From assembly GCA_964016885.1 (NCBI GenBank), contig OZ024753.1, positions 34,472,001 to 34,536,000 of the forward strand: a stretch of DNA of 64,000 bases, read 5' to 3'. Shown piece after piece: positions 48,014-62,537 of this stretch. Each line of letters starts with the position of its first letter. The first letter of the stretch is position 1. This DNA comes from Eledone cirrhosa. Lineage: Eukaryota. The notes under the pieces are model-generated. The model was not told the DNA's origin. It saw only the letters and a program-made list of their open reading frames with translations, and searched no databases. A program made the translations under genes and the position numbers.

Positions 48014-49126
48014 CCCATGGACTACATTATATAATGTTATTTCTTTATATTTACGACAGTACAGTGCGATTTAATAGAGATTTAATTACAATTTTTAGGA
48101 AATCACGCAATCACATAGACTCGCCTATGTGACGGAAGCTATTAAAGAGTGAGGTAGACTGGCTGTGGTTTTCTAAGTCTATCCTAGATAACATAACGTG
48201 CTAGAGAGTCAGGATGAAAGTAATTAATAATATTCTTTTTAGTAAACGAGGCAACGAAATTGAAATGGAGTTGAATATAATTTATAATGAAAAATAGGGT
48301 GGAATCTTCAGATCCCACCAACAATTATGTCGTTTCATAAGTCCAAAACTATCTTAACTCAGTAACATTAATGATACTTATTTGCTATTTTCAGTAAGAT
48401 ACTGGAGCATAGAGACCTCTTATCGTTGCATCTCTAATACATTCACTAGACTATTCCCTACATTGGATGACAACTATTACTACACGTATTCCGACTAAAA
48501 TGACAAATTTACCTCAACACTATTCTAAAGGTGATATAAATAGATTTATCCTCCGAGTTTTATGAACTTCACCAACACCAAAAGATATTAGCTTCGATGA
48601 AAGATAACTAAATTTCTTTTCCATTTAACGTGCATGACTTACATAGTTCAACAAAAGACAGAAGAAGCTTTAGGTAACAATTATGCTCGTCTCTTGGCTT
48701 GACACTATCATCTTGTCTTTGATTGACTTTGTAATCAAATTGTAGTGGTAGGAAGCTTTCTCACTTCCTACCCTATAACCTAAGACCCTACAAAGGGCTA
48801 TGAGTATTGCCCTTCCTCTTCTGACGAAATGATTAAAGAATATTGATCTAGTTTTCATCTTTTTGTTCTAGCCGTTTCTTTAAATAATGGAAAATATGAC
48901 AATATCGAAATTTAATAAATTCATATAAAACTTCAATTTTGTAGGTCATTCTAATATCTATCAATTATATTTGTTAAGAAACCAATAACCATACAAAATA
49001 GCTACAGGCAAAATAACTTCTAGCAATCTTCCAAATGGTTTTTCATAAGGGAAAAATATATGAAGACTTCATCAAATCTAACACAAACAGAATCTGAGGT
49101 AGAATTCTACATATATGTAAGAATAC

Positions 49127-51534
49127 ACATAAAAAGTCAATTCATAGACAGCACACACTATTGACCACATAAACAGTCAATTCATAGACAGCATACACTA
49201 TTGACTACATAAACAGTAAATTCATAGACAGCATACACTATTGACCACATAAACAGTCAATTCATAGACAGCATACACTATTGACCACATAAAAAGTCAA
49301 TTCATAGACAGCATACACTATTGACCACATAAACAGTCAATTCATAGACAGCATACACTATTGACTACATAAACAGTAAATTCATAGACAGCATACACTA
49401 TTGACTACATAAACAGTCAATTCATAGACAGAATACACTATTGACCACATAAACAGTCAATTCATAGACAGCATACACTATTGACCACATAAAAAGTCAA
49501 TTCATAGACAGCATACACTATTGACTACATAAACAGTCAATTCATGGACAGCATACACTATTGACCACATAAACAGTCAATTCATAGACAGCATACACTA
49601 TTGACTACATAAACAGTAAATTCATAGACAGCATACACTATTGACCACATAAACAGTCAATTCATAGACAGCATACACTATTGACCACATAAAAAGACAA
49701 TTCATAGACAGCATACACTATTGACTACATAAACAGTAAATTCATAGACAGCATACACTATTGACCACATAAACAGTCAATTCATAGACAGCATACACTA
49801 TTGACCACATAAACAGTCAATTCATAGACAACATACACTATTGACCACATAAACAGTCAATTCATAGACAGCATACACTATTGACTACATAAACAGTCAA
49901 TTCATAGACAGCATACACTATTGACCACATAAACAGTCAATTCATAGACAGCATACACTATTGACCACATAAACAGTAAATTCATAGACAGCATACACTA
50001 TTGACCACATAAACAGTCAATTCATAGACAGCATACACTATTGACCACATAAACAGTCAATTCATAGACAGCATACACTATTGACTACATAAACAGTAAA
50101 TTCATAGACAGCATACACTATTGACCACATAAACAGTCAATTCATAGACAGCATACACTATTGACCACATAAAAAGTCAATTCATAGACAGCATACACTA
50201 TTGACCACATAAACAGTCAATTCATAGACAGCATACACTATTGACCACATAAAAAGTCAATTCATAGACAGCATATACTATTGACCACATAAACAGTCAA
50301 TTCATAGACAGCATACACTATTGACCACATAAAAAGTCAATTCATAGACAGCATACACTATTGACCACATAAAAAGTCAATTCATAGACAGCATACACTA
50401 CTGACCACATAAAAAGTCAATTCATAGACAGCATACACTATTGACCGCATAAACAGTCAATTCATAGACAGCATACACTATTGACCACATAAAAAGTCAA
50501 TTCATAGACAGCATACACTATTGACCACATAAACAGTCAATTCATAGACAGCATACACTATTGACCACATAAACAGTCAATTCATAGACAGCATACACTA
50601 TTGACCACATAAAAAGTCAATTCATAGACAGCATACACTATTGACCGCATAAACAGTCAATTCATAGACAGCATACACTATTGACCGCATAAACAGTCAA
50701 TTCATAGACAGCATACACTATTGACCGCATAAACAGTCAATTCATAGACAGCATACACTATTGACCACATAAACAGTCAATGCATAGACAGCATACACTA
50801 TTGACCACATAAACAGTCAATGCATAGACAGCATACACTATTGACCACATAAAAAGTCAATTCATAGACAGCATACACTATTGACCACATAAACAGTCAA
50901 TTCATAGACAGCATACACTATTGACCACATAAACAGTCAATTCATAGACAGCATACACTATTGACCACATAAAAAGTCAATTCATAGACAGCATACACTA
51001 TTGACCACATAAAAAGTCAATTCATAGACAGCATACACTATTGACCACATAAACAGTCAATTCATACACAGCATACACTATTGACCACATAAACAGTCAA
51101 TTCATAGACAGCATACACCATTGACCACATAAACAGTCAATTCATAGACAGCATACACTATTGACCACATAAACAGTCAATTCATAGACAGCATACACTA
51201 TTGACCACATAAACAGTCAATTCATAGACAGCATACACCATTGACCACATAAACAGTCAATTCATAGACAGCATACACCATTGACCACATAAACAGTCAA
51301 TTCATAGACAGCATACACTATTGACCACATAAACAGTCAATTCATAGACAGCATACACTATTGACCACATAAACAGTCAATTCATAGACAGCATACACTA
51401 TTGACCACATAAACAGTCAATTCATAGACAGCATACACTATTGACCACATAAAAAGTCAATCCATAGACAGCATACACTATTGACCACATAAAAAGTCAA
51501 TTCATAGACAGCATACACTATTGACCACATAAAC
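49127..51534. repeat. 40-bp minisatellite, ~60 copies (ACATAAACAGTCAATTCATAGACAGCATACACTATTGACC)
   Basis: Exact 40-bp period with few SNP variants and no spacers. Confidence 0.98.
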
Positions 51535-51571
51535 GCTTTCAATAATTGTTTTAAATGTTCATAGTACCTGA

Positions 51572-52388
51572 TAAATAATTGTTTCTACTTTAGACACAAG
51601 GCCAAAAATTTGAAGGTGAAGGGAAAGTCGATTAAATCGACCCAAGTACATTACTGGTACTTTATTTTATCAACCCCGTAAGGATGAAAGGCAAAGCTAA
51701 CCTCGGCGACATTTGAATTCAGAACGTAAAGAGCCGTAACTCTATGCTGTATAGTTGATTTTCCGACGGTTTACCAATACTGTCAATCCACCGCCTAATG
51801 TTCCAGTAATAATTGTTTCTACTTTTGGCACAAGGCCATCAATTACCCAGTACATTACTGGTACTTTATTTTATCGACCCCGTAAGGATGAAAGGCAAAG
51901 TTAACGTTGGCGGGATTTGAACTCAGAATGGCAAAGGCCGTAACTCTATGCGTCAAAGAATGGCGTCCGACCCTCTACCGATACTGCCAATATAATGATT
52001 CCTCCTATCTTAAATTATTCAAACAAAAAAATACAATTAAAAGATCAAAGAACTCATAAATTTTAATGTAAGGTTTGTATATATTATCATATGCAGTAAA
52101 AACAGCATCATTTTGACATTATGTACTCCCAAGTAGTAGCTTCATAACTGAGATTAATCATATTACATACAATAAACTGTATTAACATTTACAGCAGCAA
52201 TAATTGTTTCTACTTTAGGCACAAGGCCAGCAATTACCCAGTGCATTACTGGTACTTTATTTTATCGACCCCGTAAGGATGAAAGGCAAAGTCAACCTCG
52301 GCGGGATTGGAACTCAGTTCGTAAAGGGACGTAACTATGCTGGAAAGCATGGCGTCCGACTCTCTACCGATACTGCCAATCAACCGCG
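51572..52388 (-). mobile_element. Three tRNA-SINEs (51572-51795 long form, 51808-51992, 52198-52388)
   Basis: Family consensus; last copy has TSD GCAGCAATAAT. Confidence 0.87.
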
Positions 52389-52649
52389 CAGCAATAATCT
52401 AAAGGAGATATAAACGGAATTATCCCCCGAGTAAAACAACAACACCAACAACATGACTATCAAATATTAGCCTCGATGGAAGTTAACTGAATTTTTCTTC
52501 CCGTTAACACGAATGGGTAATATAGTTGTACAAATAGATAATAACAGTGCAATGATAATGTAACACAAGTTAACTTAGCTTGGCAGGGAATTTATTGTCT
52601 GGCAACATCTTCATTGACACATTACATACACACACCTTTACTTCAACAT

Positions 52650-52913
52650 CAGAAGAAGAAGCAGAAGAAAGAAGAAGAAGAAAAAGAAACAGAAGAAGAA
52701 AAAGAAGAAGAAAAAGAAGAAGAAGAAGAAGAAGAAGAAGAAGAAGAAGAAGAAGAAGAAGAAGAAAAAGAAGAAAAGATGAAAAAAAGAAGAAAAAGAA
52801 GAAAAAGAAGAAGAAGAAAAAGAAGAAGAAAAAGAAGAAGAAGAAGAAAAAGAAGAAACAGAAAAAGAAGAAAAAGAAAAAGAAGAAGAAGAAGAAGAAG
52901 AAGAAGAAGAAGA
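52650..52913. repeat. (GAA)n purine tract
   Basis: Direct reading. Confidence 0.95.
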
Positions 52914-53242
52914 TCATTATGATAAGATGATATGATAACATAGTATCATATCTTTGTGTGATACCAGTTTTCAGAATGACTGCTTCGGTAAAACTTTAAA
53001 ATGCCGAAATGAACCGCAACTTGTCTACCCTTGTAAATGTCAAAATATTGTGAAACATTTCAACTCCACAGCATGAGGATTTTGTCAAATGCTGGTTTCT
53101 TATTCGGGTATAACGAATGCCTACTGTTCTTCTGTGAATTTAATCTCAAACTACAAAATTATGAAACTATTATAAAGTTTTTCTGACTGGAACACTAACA
53201 AAAAGAAATAAATGCAAGCACGCACACACGCATACACACACG

Positions 53243-53347
<105 letters not shown>

Positions 53348-53539
53348 CTTTTTCTTCTTCTTCTTCTTATCCTCCTCCTTTTTATAGAGGTGCGTGTCTG
53401 TGTGTATGTGTGTGTGTATGCGTGAGTGTATATACGTGCGTATGTGTGTGTATGAATAATTGTTACAACACCTGAAATTTTTGCCTCTGTTTCACAGGTA
53501 GGTTTTTACCTAATAACCCAAGTTATTAGATTATCTGTA

Positions 53540-53785
53540 CTGTCAACCTTCTGGCGTCCTTGCCCCTAGGGCTACCTCCCTACTCACCACCATAGGCGCT
53601 GAGCTGGCTAGCCGCAGGTGTGAGCCTCACGAGTTGGAATGGCACTTCCAGCGCATCTCCCTTACCATCCTCCGGGGGAACAACTTCTCCATCCTGTCCG
53701 CCGGGGCTGTGGGGAGGCCAGCACGTGGGACCCCATTTGCTCACCATACGGATTAATAGGCAAAGTTATAAACTATTGTAAATAA
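53540..53785 (+). mobile_element. 3' end of an RLE-type (CRE-like) non-LTR retrotransposon
   Basis: GVLAPRATSLLTTIGAELASRRCEPHELEWHFQRISLTILRGNNFSILSA matches the FQRIS..I.RGN C-terminal motif of CRE-type RLE domains; AATAAA near the end. Confidence 0.7.
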
Positions 53786-53796
53786 ACCTATTTAAT

Positions 53797-53982
53797 ATAT
53801 TGTTTCTACTTTTGGCACAAGGCCATACATTACCCAGTGCATTACTGGTACTTTATTTTATCGACCCCGTAAGGATGAAAGGTAAAGTTAACCTCGGCGG
53901 GATTTGAACTCAGATCATAAAGGGGGGTAACTCTATGCTACAAAGCATGGTCTCCGACCCTCTACCAATACTGCCAATCCAC
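53797..53982 (-). mobile_element. tRNA-SINE
   Basis: Family consensus. Confidence 0.88.
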
Positions 53983-54116
53983 TTAAAAACTATAAATGTT
54001 AAAGGATGAAAAATAGAAAAGGTTCGTTGATATTTGCATGGATGGCTTAACCGATGTTGGGTCAAATCGGAAACTTTATATAAGTAATATATAACAAATT
54101 AATTTTGATAAAATAT

Positions 54117-54560
54117 GTCTTCTTCTTCACCCACTTATTCCTGAGAGGGTCGTGGAGACAGTCCTCAAACACTCCTTCCAGCTGGTCCTGTCAGAAGCAG
54201 CCATCTCCAACTAATCCAGCTGGATCCCCAAGTGAGACCAGCCAAGCTCATGGATGTTATCCAACCATCTTGCTCGGGGTCTACCCCAGGGGTCTCTTGC
54301 CGGTTGGTTTTGCCCGTAAAATCTGTCCAGCGATTCTTTCTTAAGATATGCTAACCCCATGCCCATAGTATCGGAGTTGTGGTCTCTCATTCCTGAGAGG
54401 GCCCGGAGTGTATGTGTGTGTGTGTGTGTGGGGGGGGGGGTTCTCAGACACACCTTCCAGAAGCAACCGTCTCTAAATGATCCGGATAGATCCCCAAGCG
54501 CGACCAATTGAGCTTATGTATGTTATCCAACCTTCTGGATCGTGGTCTACCTCTGTACCA
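54117..54560 (-). mobile_element. Two RTE LINE 3'-end fragments
   Basis: GRPRARWLDNIHELGWSHLGI, related second piece at 54430-54556, (GAA) tail at 54118-54129. Confidence 0.75.
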
Positions 54561-55525
54561 CACTGAAATAACCACCTGAGTTAACGCGAACAACTAAACC
54601 ATTGAAGTCTGCGCTCAACATCTGAGAAGCGTAACGATAGACCTTTATAAATAAAGCAGCAAACAAGTGTGGTATATATCCATAAAACTCGATGAGCTGA
54701 ACATCTAAAGCAAGTGATTTATCTTGTAATCCTTTAGCGACAACCTTTCTTCACACAACTCTACCTATTTTGTCGTGGGCTGCGAAGCAGGCAATGAAAT
54801 CTACTGTTCTAGTCGACCAGAGGTCCTAAACAACTGAAAAGGTGGGGCAAAGTTTTAATAGAAGAGGGCATGTCTTTCAAATCCGAGAACAAACTTAGTA
54901 AAAATCATACATACAACATAAAACATGTAGGAAACTTGAAATAACAAGTACTAAATATCTAAATATCAATGTACGTAAGTTATTGTATGCAATATAACCG
55001 AAATGAGAAATTAATTGATAGCAATATAACATTTCTCTACGATTCAATAAGGCAGATTTACTATTGGCTGAACATCTTCAATCTAAAAACGAATACTTTA
55101 TAATTCTATGTTATAATCAAAAGCAGAAATCGGGTTTCTTATGAAATAACTCATCTCTTCAAACCAGATAACCAAAGGCACCGAAGGTAAAAGGAATCGA
55201 CTTGAGTAGCAATACCGGAAGATATCAATAGTTGTAGCAGTATTTTAATGATATCTGTCATTACTTTTAAGTTGATATTATAATATATTAACATTATGGT
55301 GGTGGACTGGCAAAAGTTGTGTAAGCATTGGAAGAAATGCCATTATGGTATATTTTCTGGCTTTTAGTATCCTCAGTTCAAATACAACTTTACCTTTCAT
55401 CCTTTCGCAGTCGATAAAATAAAGTAGCAGTCAAGTACTTTGGTAGATATAACTGACTTTCCCCATTCTTCCAAATTGTTGGCCTTGTGTCTATGTTTGA
55501 AATCTTTATTATTTTTATTGCCGGA

Positions 55526-56415
55526 TGGATTGGCAGTATCGTTAGAGGGTCGGGCGGTGGATTGGCAGTATCGTTAGAGGGTCGGGCGGTGGATTGGCAG
55601 TATCGTTAGAGGGTCGGGCGGTGGATTGGCAGTATTGTTAGAGGGTCGGGCGGTGGATTGGCAGTATCGTTAGAGGGTCGGGCGGTGGATTGGCAGTATC
55701 GTTAGAGGGTCGGGCGGTGGATTGGCAGTATCGTTAGAGGGTCGGGCGGTGGATTGGCAGTATCGTTAGAGGGTCGGGCGGTGGATTGGCAGTATTGTTA
55801 GAGGGTCGGGCGGTGGATTGGCAGTATCGTTAGAGGGTCGGGCGGTGGATTGGCAGTATCGTTAGAGGGTCGGGCGGTGGATTGGCAGTATCGTTAGAGG
55901 GTCGGGCGGTGGATTGGCAGTATCGTTAGAGGGTCGGGCGGTGGATTGGCAGTATCGTTAGAGGGTCGGGCGGTGGATTGGCAGTATCGTTAGAGGGTCG
56001 GGCGGTGGATTGGCAGTATCGTTAGAGGGTCGGGCGGTGGATTGGCAGTATCGTTAGAGGGTCGGGCGGTGGATTGGCAGTATCGTTAGAGGGTCGGGCG
56101 GTGGATTGGTAGTATCGTTAGAGGGTCGGGCGGTGGATTGGCAGTATCGGTAGAGGGTCGGGCGGTGGATTGGCAGTATCGTTAGAGAGTCGGGCGGTGG
56201 ATTGGCAGTATCGTTAGAGGGTCGGGCGGTGGATTGGCAGTATCGGTAGAGGGTCGGACGCCATGCTTTCCAGCATAGTTACGTCCCTTTACGACGATCT
56301 GAGTTCAAATCCCGCCGAGGTTGACTTTGCCTTTCATCCTTACGGGGTCGATAAAATAAAGTACCAGTAATGCACTGGGTAATTGCTGGCCTTGTGCCTA
56401 AAGTAGAAACAATTA
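55526..56415 (+). mobile_element. tRNA-SINE whose 32-bp 5' head is tandemly amplified ~23 times (55526-56255)
   Basis: Unit GGCGGTGGATTGGCAGTATCGTTAGAGGGTCG; ATTATTTTTATTGCCGGA flanks the whole structure. Confidence 0.93.
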
Positions 56416-56435
56416 TTATTTTTATTGCCGGAAGT

Positions 56436-56868
56436 AGGGTGGTGGATTGGCAGTATCGGTAGAGGGTCGGACGCCATGCTTTGCAGCATGGAGTTATGAA
56501 CCTTTTCGATCTGAGTTCAAATCCCGCCGAGGTTAACTTTGCCTTTCATCCTTACGGGATCGATAAAATAAAGTACCAGGCACGCACTGGGGTCGATTTA
56601 ATCGACTTTCCATTCCCCCAAAATTGCGGGCCATGTGCCTATATAAGAAACCATTATTATTGCTGGAGGTAATAAAAAGGCGGTGGATTGGCAGTATCGG
56701 TAGAGGGTCGGACGCCATGCTTTCCAGCATAGTTACGTCCCTTTTCGATCTGAGTTCAAATCCCGCCGAGGTTGACTTTGCCTTTCATCCTTACGGGGTC
56801 GATAAAATAAAGTACCAGTAATGCACTGGGTAATTGCTGGCCTTGTGCCAAAAGTAGAAACAATTATT
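56436..56868 (+). mobile_element. Two more tRNA-SINEs; 56678-56868 inserted in the tail of 56436-56660
   Basis: TSD ATTATTGCTGGAGGTAAT. Confidence 0.88.
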
Positions 56869-56879
56869 GCTGGAGGTAA

Positions 56880-57400
56880 TTTCTTGCTCTTAGGGACTCG
56901 GTCAAAAGCCTTTTCAAAGTCTAGGAAACCTAGGTACTTGTTCATGTTGTACTCCCAAGCCTTCTTAACCAACATCTTCAGGACAAAGATCAGGTCCATA
57001 GTATCGTGCTGCCGCTCACCAAGTTTCACTTCCACGACTATCAGAGACCTGATTTAGGATCCTTTTATATATCTTACCAATATGTGGCAGCAATAAAATA
57101 CCTCTATAGTTTGCACACCAAGTCCTGTCTCCTTTTTTGTATATCGGGCCGATACCTCAGTCCCCTGGAACCACTTCCTCGGTCGGGGTGGTGTTGAAGA
57201 TGTATTTTATCTATTGTAGGATGCTATCCTCACCGTACTTCTATATTTCAGCTGGGACTTCATCAACCCCTGTACACTTGTTAATCATCTCCTTCTTTAC
57301 CCTCTTTACCTCCATTAAAATGATGTCCCACTTTGCCTCATGATCCTCATCATTGTCTTCAAGTGCTTCCTCTTAATTCTTTAGCATTTAAACCAGCCAT
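56880..57400 (-). pseudogene. Degenerate RTE reverse transcriptase fragment
   Basis: DTMDLIFVLKMLVKKAWEYNMNKYLGFLDFEKAFDRVP; upstream TGVDEVPAEI-like segment. Confidence 0.85.
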
Positions 57401-57571
57401 ATCCGGCCAGAACTCTCTCACCTCTTTCTGTTCAAACCGGCCATAATCAACCACTCATACTGATGTTAAGCTATATGCAAAATAAGTAATATCAAAGCCT
57501 GATAGATCCGATATTCTGAGATAATTATAAGATAAAGCCTTTACCATGAAAATACAATAGTATATAAAGAG

Positions 57572-57759
57572 TAATTGTTTCTACTTTTGGCACAAGGCCA
57601 GCAATTAGCCAGTGCATTACTGGTACTTTATTTTATCGACCCCGTAAGGATGAAAGGCAAAGTTAACCTCGGCGGGATTTGAACTCAGATCATACAGGGA
57701 GGTAACTCTATGCTTCAAAGCATGGCGTCCGACCCTCTACCGATACTGCCAATCCACCG
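57572..57759 (-). mobile_element. Full-length tRNA-SINE
   Basis: TSD GTATATAAAGAGTAAT. Confidence 0.9.
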
Positions 57760-58547
57760 TATATAAAGAGTAATGTAAATGATAAAGGGTTAAAGACAAC
57801 CCTTTCGTTGCTCTGCACCCTCTGTTGGTACATCCATTAGTGTGGAGAAGCACACGACCTATCTGTCATCAACCTTTTTTGAGTCGATGAATAGCGTTTT
57901 ATATGGCTGTCTTTCATTGTCTAAACTAGAATGATCAGAACTGAATTTATTTACTAGAATTAATGGTCAAACTAAAGAAATTGTTTCCCCTCATCACGAG
58001 AGTAATTTAAATTACCTTAGATAACCTGTCTCATTACATTACATACGTTACCTTCTACTTTAACGTGCAGGACTTTGTTTTTCCTCATTACGAGAGTAAT
58101 TTAAATTGCTTAAAATATCTTGTCTCATTGTATTATATATGTCAGCTTCTGCATTAGTGTAAACTAACTACATTTATAGGAAACAATCATTTTCAAGATA
58201 TTTTCTACTTAATGGACCGTGTTGAAAAAATAATAATTTTAGGTGTTATTGTTAAAAACTCATTTGCTTCTAATTTTAGATTTGTATTTGTCAGTCAAAT
58301 ATATAAGATGTCCGCACAGCTATACGTATTTTTAAAGATTTCATTTAGATTATCATAATAATCTCACTGAATTGTCATGTTATATAAATGTTTTTATCGA
58401 TATTGTTATGTTTATAATACTATTGTAGCTTTGTCATATCACTGTCGATCAAAATATATTAGCTAGGCTTTAAGATGTCTTTTCCTTCTTGTTCTTTATC
58501 ATTATCGATGTCTTTTACTTAGCATATTTCATTTACCCCTCCTCTCT

Positions 58548-59045
<498 letters not shown>

Positions 59046-60483
59046 CATTTTGTTTCTTTTATTGACGAGATACGATAAGAAACGTCACTATCAATCTGGT
59101 AAATCTTTCAAAACTTTTCAATTATTTACGCTCATCTTGGTTGAGTCAGTTTTTGCTATTCTTCTCTTCGTCCTCTATAATTATCTTCTCTTTCCGTTTC
59201 CCGGCTATTCCTCTCTATAAAAATATATATCATTGTTCATTTATTCTGAGAAGAACTATTTATATTTTCCTTTTTATTTTGATAACCAATTATTGTTGTA
59301 GATCAAGGAAACTAATAATCGAAGTGTTCCACTTCACTTTAACCTATTTTTAATATATTAGTTACCCAACCGTTGTTTGGTTTTAAGTTATAGATATTAT
59401 ATTTTATTAGGAATTATATTAATGTTATATTAAAGTGTTAATGAAGTCTTCAGAAATAAAGCAATGTTATAGACATTGTTTTAAGACACGAAACTCACCG
59501 ATTTCTTCACTAGAACCACATCTCTTGATCATATACCTTGACTTAATACAAGACATTTTGATACCGCTTACATCTTTCAATGTTCCAAGCATCAAGTGCT
59601 GCTATATCCCACTTAACATGTTATTGTTGATTTTATTGTATTTATTTATAGAAATTCTTTTTTTCTATTTGCCAATAAATTTAAATTTCGTTCGCCCATA
59701 GTTTAACAGACTGTGACTGAGGATGTTGACTCAAAGTATCCAAGAAATCTCTCACGTATTTCAAAATAAATAAAACAGAGAATAAAAGATCCTATTTCTC
59801 ATTGACTAATAATAGTTTTTCGTCATCGCATTTAGTTCTATTTTAGTTGTTTAGAGTTATGCTAAATCCTATCCAAGTACACTTACAGTTAAGAAGAATT
59901 GAAAGTCATATATAATTAAGCTTCCTACGCACAGATATGTCAAAAACGCCATTAGTGAATAAGAACATAATTTCAGTAAGCCGCTAGGTCACAAATTAGC
60001 CATTGCAATTTCTATAGCAGTATGTAGCGAAGTAAGATGCCGATTTTCTCTTTCTTCCTATTAGCTCGCTCGCCTTCTCATTTTTTGCGTAACATACAGT
60101 TGTATTAATGTACAGCACTTAATAGGTGTTGGTGTATTACTGTTGGTTGGCTCGGAGTCAATTCTGAATCGAAGAGATTCTTCATTAAACAGATTCCATC
60201 CTTGACAATCCCATTTCTGACAATCACTATTATTGTATTTAAAACTGAATTATAAAACAAGTCATTCAATTTGTTTCACTACAGCTGAGTATAATTTGAG
60301 GGAGATTTAATTACTATTTCTAATCGGGCAAGTGTTTGCGTAGTGGATCCTTCATTGGTATTTATTAGGGCAGATATTGACATGAGAAGAGATGCAGGAT
60401 TGTCAGTGACGTTAGATCGTTGAATTAGACTACTTTGCGGCATACTTTCCGGTACACTGACCTCTCTGGTTTAAAATGTCACC

Positions 60484-61796
60484 CATGACCAAATCCTAGA
60501 AAATCTAGAGAATGGATACAACACAGATGTTATTTACCTCGACTTTGCCAAGGCATTTGACAAGGTAGATCATGGCATCCTGGGACACAAACTTCGAAAG
60601 CTAGGAGTAGGAGGAAAAGTTGGTACATGGATACATGAGTTCCTTACAAATAGAACTCAAACAGTCACTGTGAATGGAACCCATTCAACACCATCACCTG
60701 TGATCAGCAGTGTTCCTCAGGGTACAGTACTCAGCCCGATCCTGTTTCTCATCCTCATCTCTGACATAGATGAAGATACAACCAGCAACGTCTCATCCTT
60801 TGCTGATGACACCAGGGTGATGAGACAAATCAAAGACGAGGTGGATACAGAGGCCTTACTAAAGGACCTAACTACCATATACAAATGGCAGGAAACAAAC
60901 AACATGTTGTTCAATGATAAGAAGTTTGAACTAATTCGCTACGGAACAGATCAAGATCTGAAAAATACAACAAACTACAGAAACCCATCAGGACAACAAA
61001 TAATGGAAAAACAGTGTGTGAAAGATTTAGGCATCCACATGGGAACCAGCCTAAAATTCAGAGAACACCTTGACTCAGTCTGTCTTACTGCAAGAAAGTA
61101 CAGCGGGTGGATCTTGCGCACCTTCAAATCAAGAAATACCTCAACAATGAAAACCCTCTGGAACAGTATGATACTTCCGAGGATTGACTACTGTTCTCAG
61201 TTGTGGTCACCAACAACAAAGGGCCAACTATCTAAGATGGAATCGCTCCAAAGAAATTTTACCTCATACTTCTCAGAAACGAGGGACCTGGACTATTGGC
61301 AAAGACTCAAAACATTGAAGATGTATTCAATAGAAAGAAGATTTGAGCGATACAGAATTATATACATTTGGAAAATGATAGAGCAAAAGGTGCCAAACTT
61401 TGGTATCAAAACCTACCACTCACTGCGCCATGGAAGACGCTGCCAGCTACCACCAATCAACAAAAAGGCTGGCCAGGCAGCAAAAACCCTGCGAGAGTCA
61501 AGTCTGTTGGTTCGAGGGGCACAACTATTCAACTCCATTCCGGTACATGTCAGAAATCTATCAGGATGCAGTGTGGAATCATTCAAATTGCAGCTGGATA
61601 GATACTTAAGCACCATTAGAGATGAACCCCATCTCCCAGGATATACACAACGAGCACAAACTGACTCAAACTCGCTCCTACACATGTCAAAATTAAACAG
61701 AGAATACAACCTGGCAACCACACCAGACTCTGAGGGTGGAGTCTTCGACTTGGCCTGAGCATGGACTCAAACTCAAATGAAATGAAATGAAATGAA
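60484..61796 (+). mobile_element. 5'-truncated CR1/L2-group LINE with uninterrupted RT frame (to 61758) and (GAAAT)n tail, inserted into an old SINE (60395-60483 / 61797-61870)
   Basis: DVIYLDFAKAFDKVDH, SSVPQGTVLSPILFLILISDI, FADDT, VKDLGI, IDYCSQLWSP. SINE head lies to the left and SINE core TTTCATCCTTTCG to the right. Confidence 0.95.
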
Positions 61797-61883
61797 AGTC
61801 AATATTTCCTTTCATCCTTTCGAAGTTAATAAACAAAATACTAGTCCTGTACTGGGGTCGATTCTCTCTCTCCCCTTCCTTCC

Positions 61884-61945
<62 letters not shown>

Positions 61946-62501
61946 CCTCTCTATCTATCTATCTATCTATCTATCTATCCCTCTCTATCTATCTATCTAT
62001 CCCTCTCTATCTATCTATCTATCTAACTTCTCGGAAAGAAATCGTTTGCGCTCAGATCTAGAAAGTTGATGGGTTTCACCAGTTTAAAATGCCTAAGTCT
62101 TATTAAATATCACGACATCGCTCTACAACTCCATATATACAAGCATTGATATGAAAGGAAGCGTTTTTAATCACAATAGTACATAATCATTTCGAAAGAA
62201 AATCATTAGAATTAGTGTAAAAGGTGAATTCTGAAACGGAAAGCCTACATCACGATATTGCTACTTTATTCTATTTTCATATGAAAATCGGACTTCGAAG
62301 CTCATATTTTTTTCAAAACAAATAATTTACTCATACATATATAATAGGCACAGGCCTTGACGTGTCCTTACGGTACCCACTTTCAAATCCCATAGTCTAG
62401 GTTTCATTCCCATTGGATGGCACCTTGGACATCTACTATAGCCTAAGGTACACCAATGCCTTGTGAATGAAAAATGGTAAACCGGAACAACAAAAGTCTA
62501 T

Positions 62502-62532
<31 letters not shown>

Positions 62533-62537
<5 letters not shown>

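Noticed and set aside
49127-51534. CRISPR-like appearance of the 40-bp array (also the 32-bp array at 55526)
   Set aside because: Contiguous tandem units without unique spacers, no cas genes, eukaryotic context.
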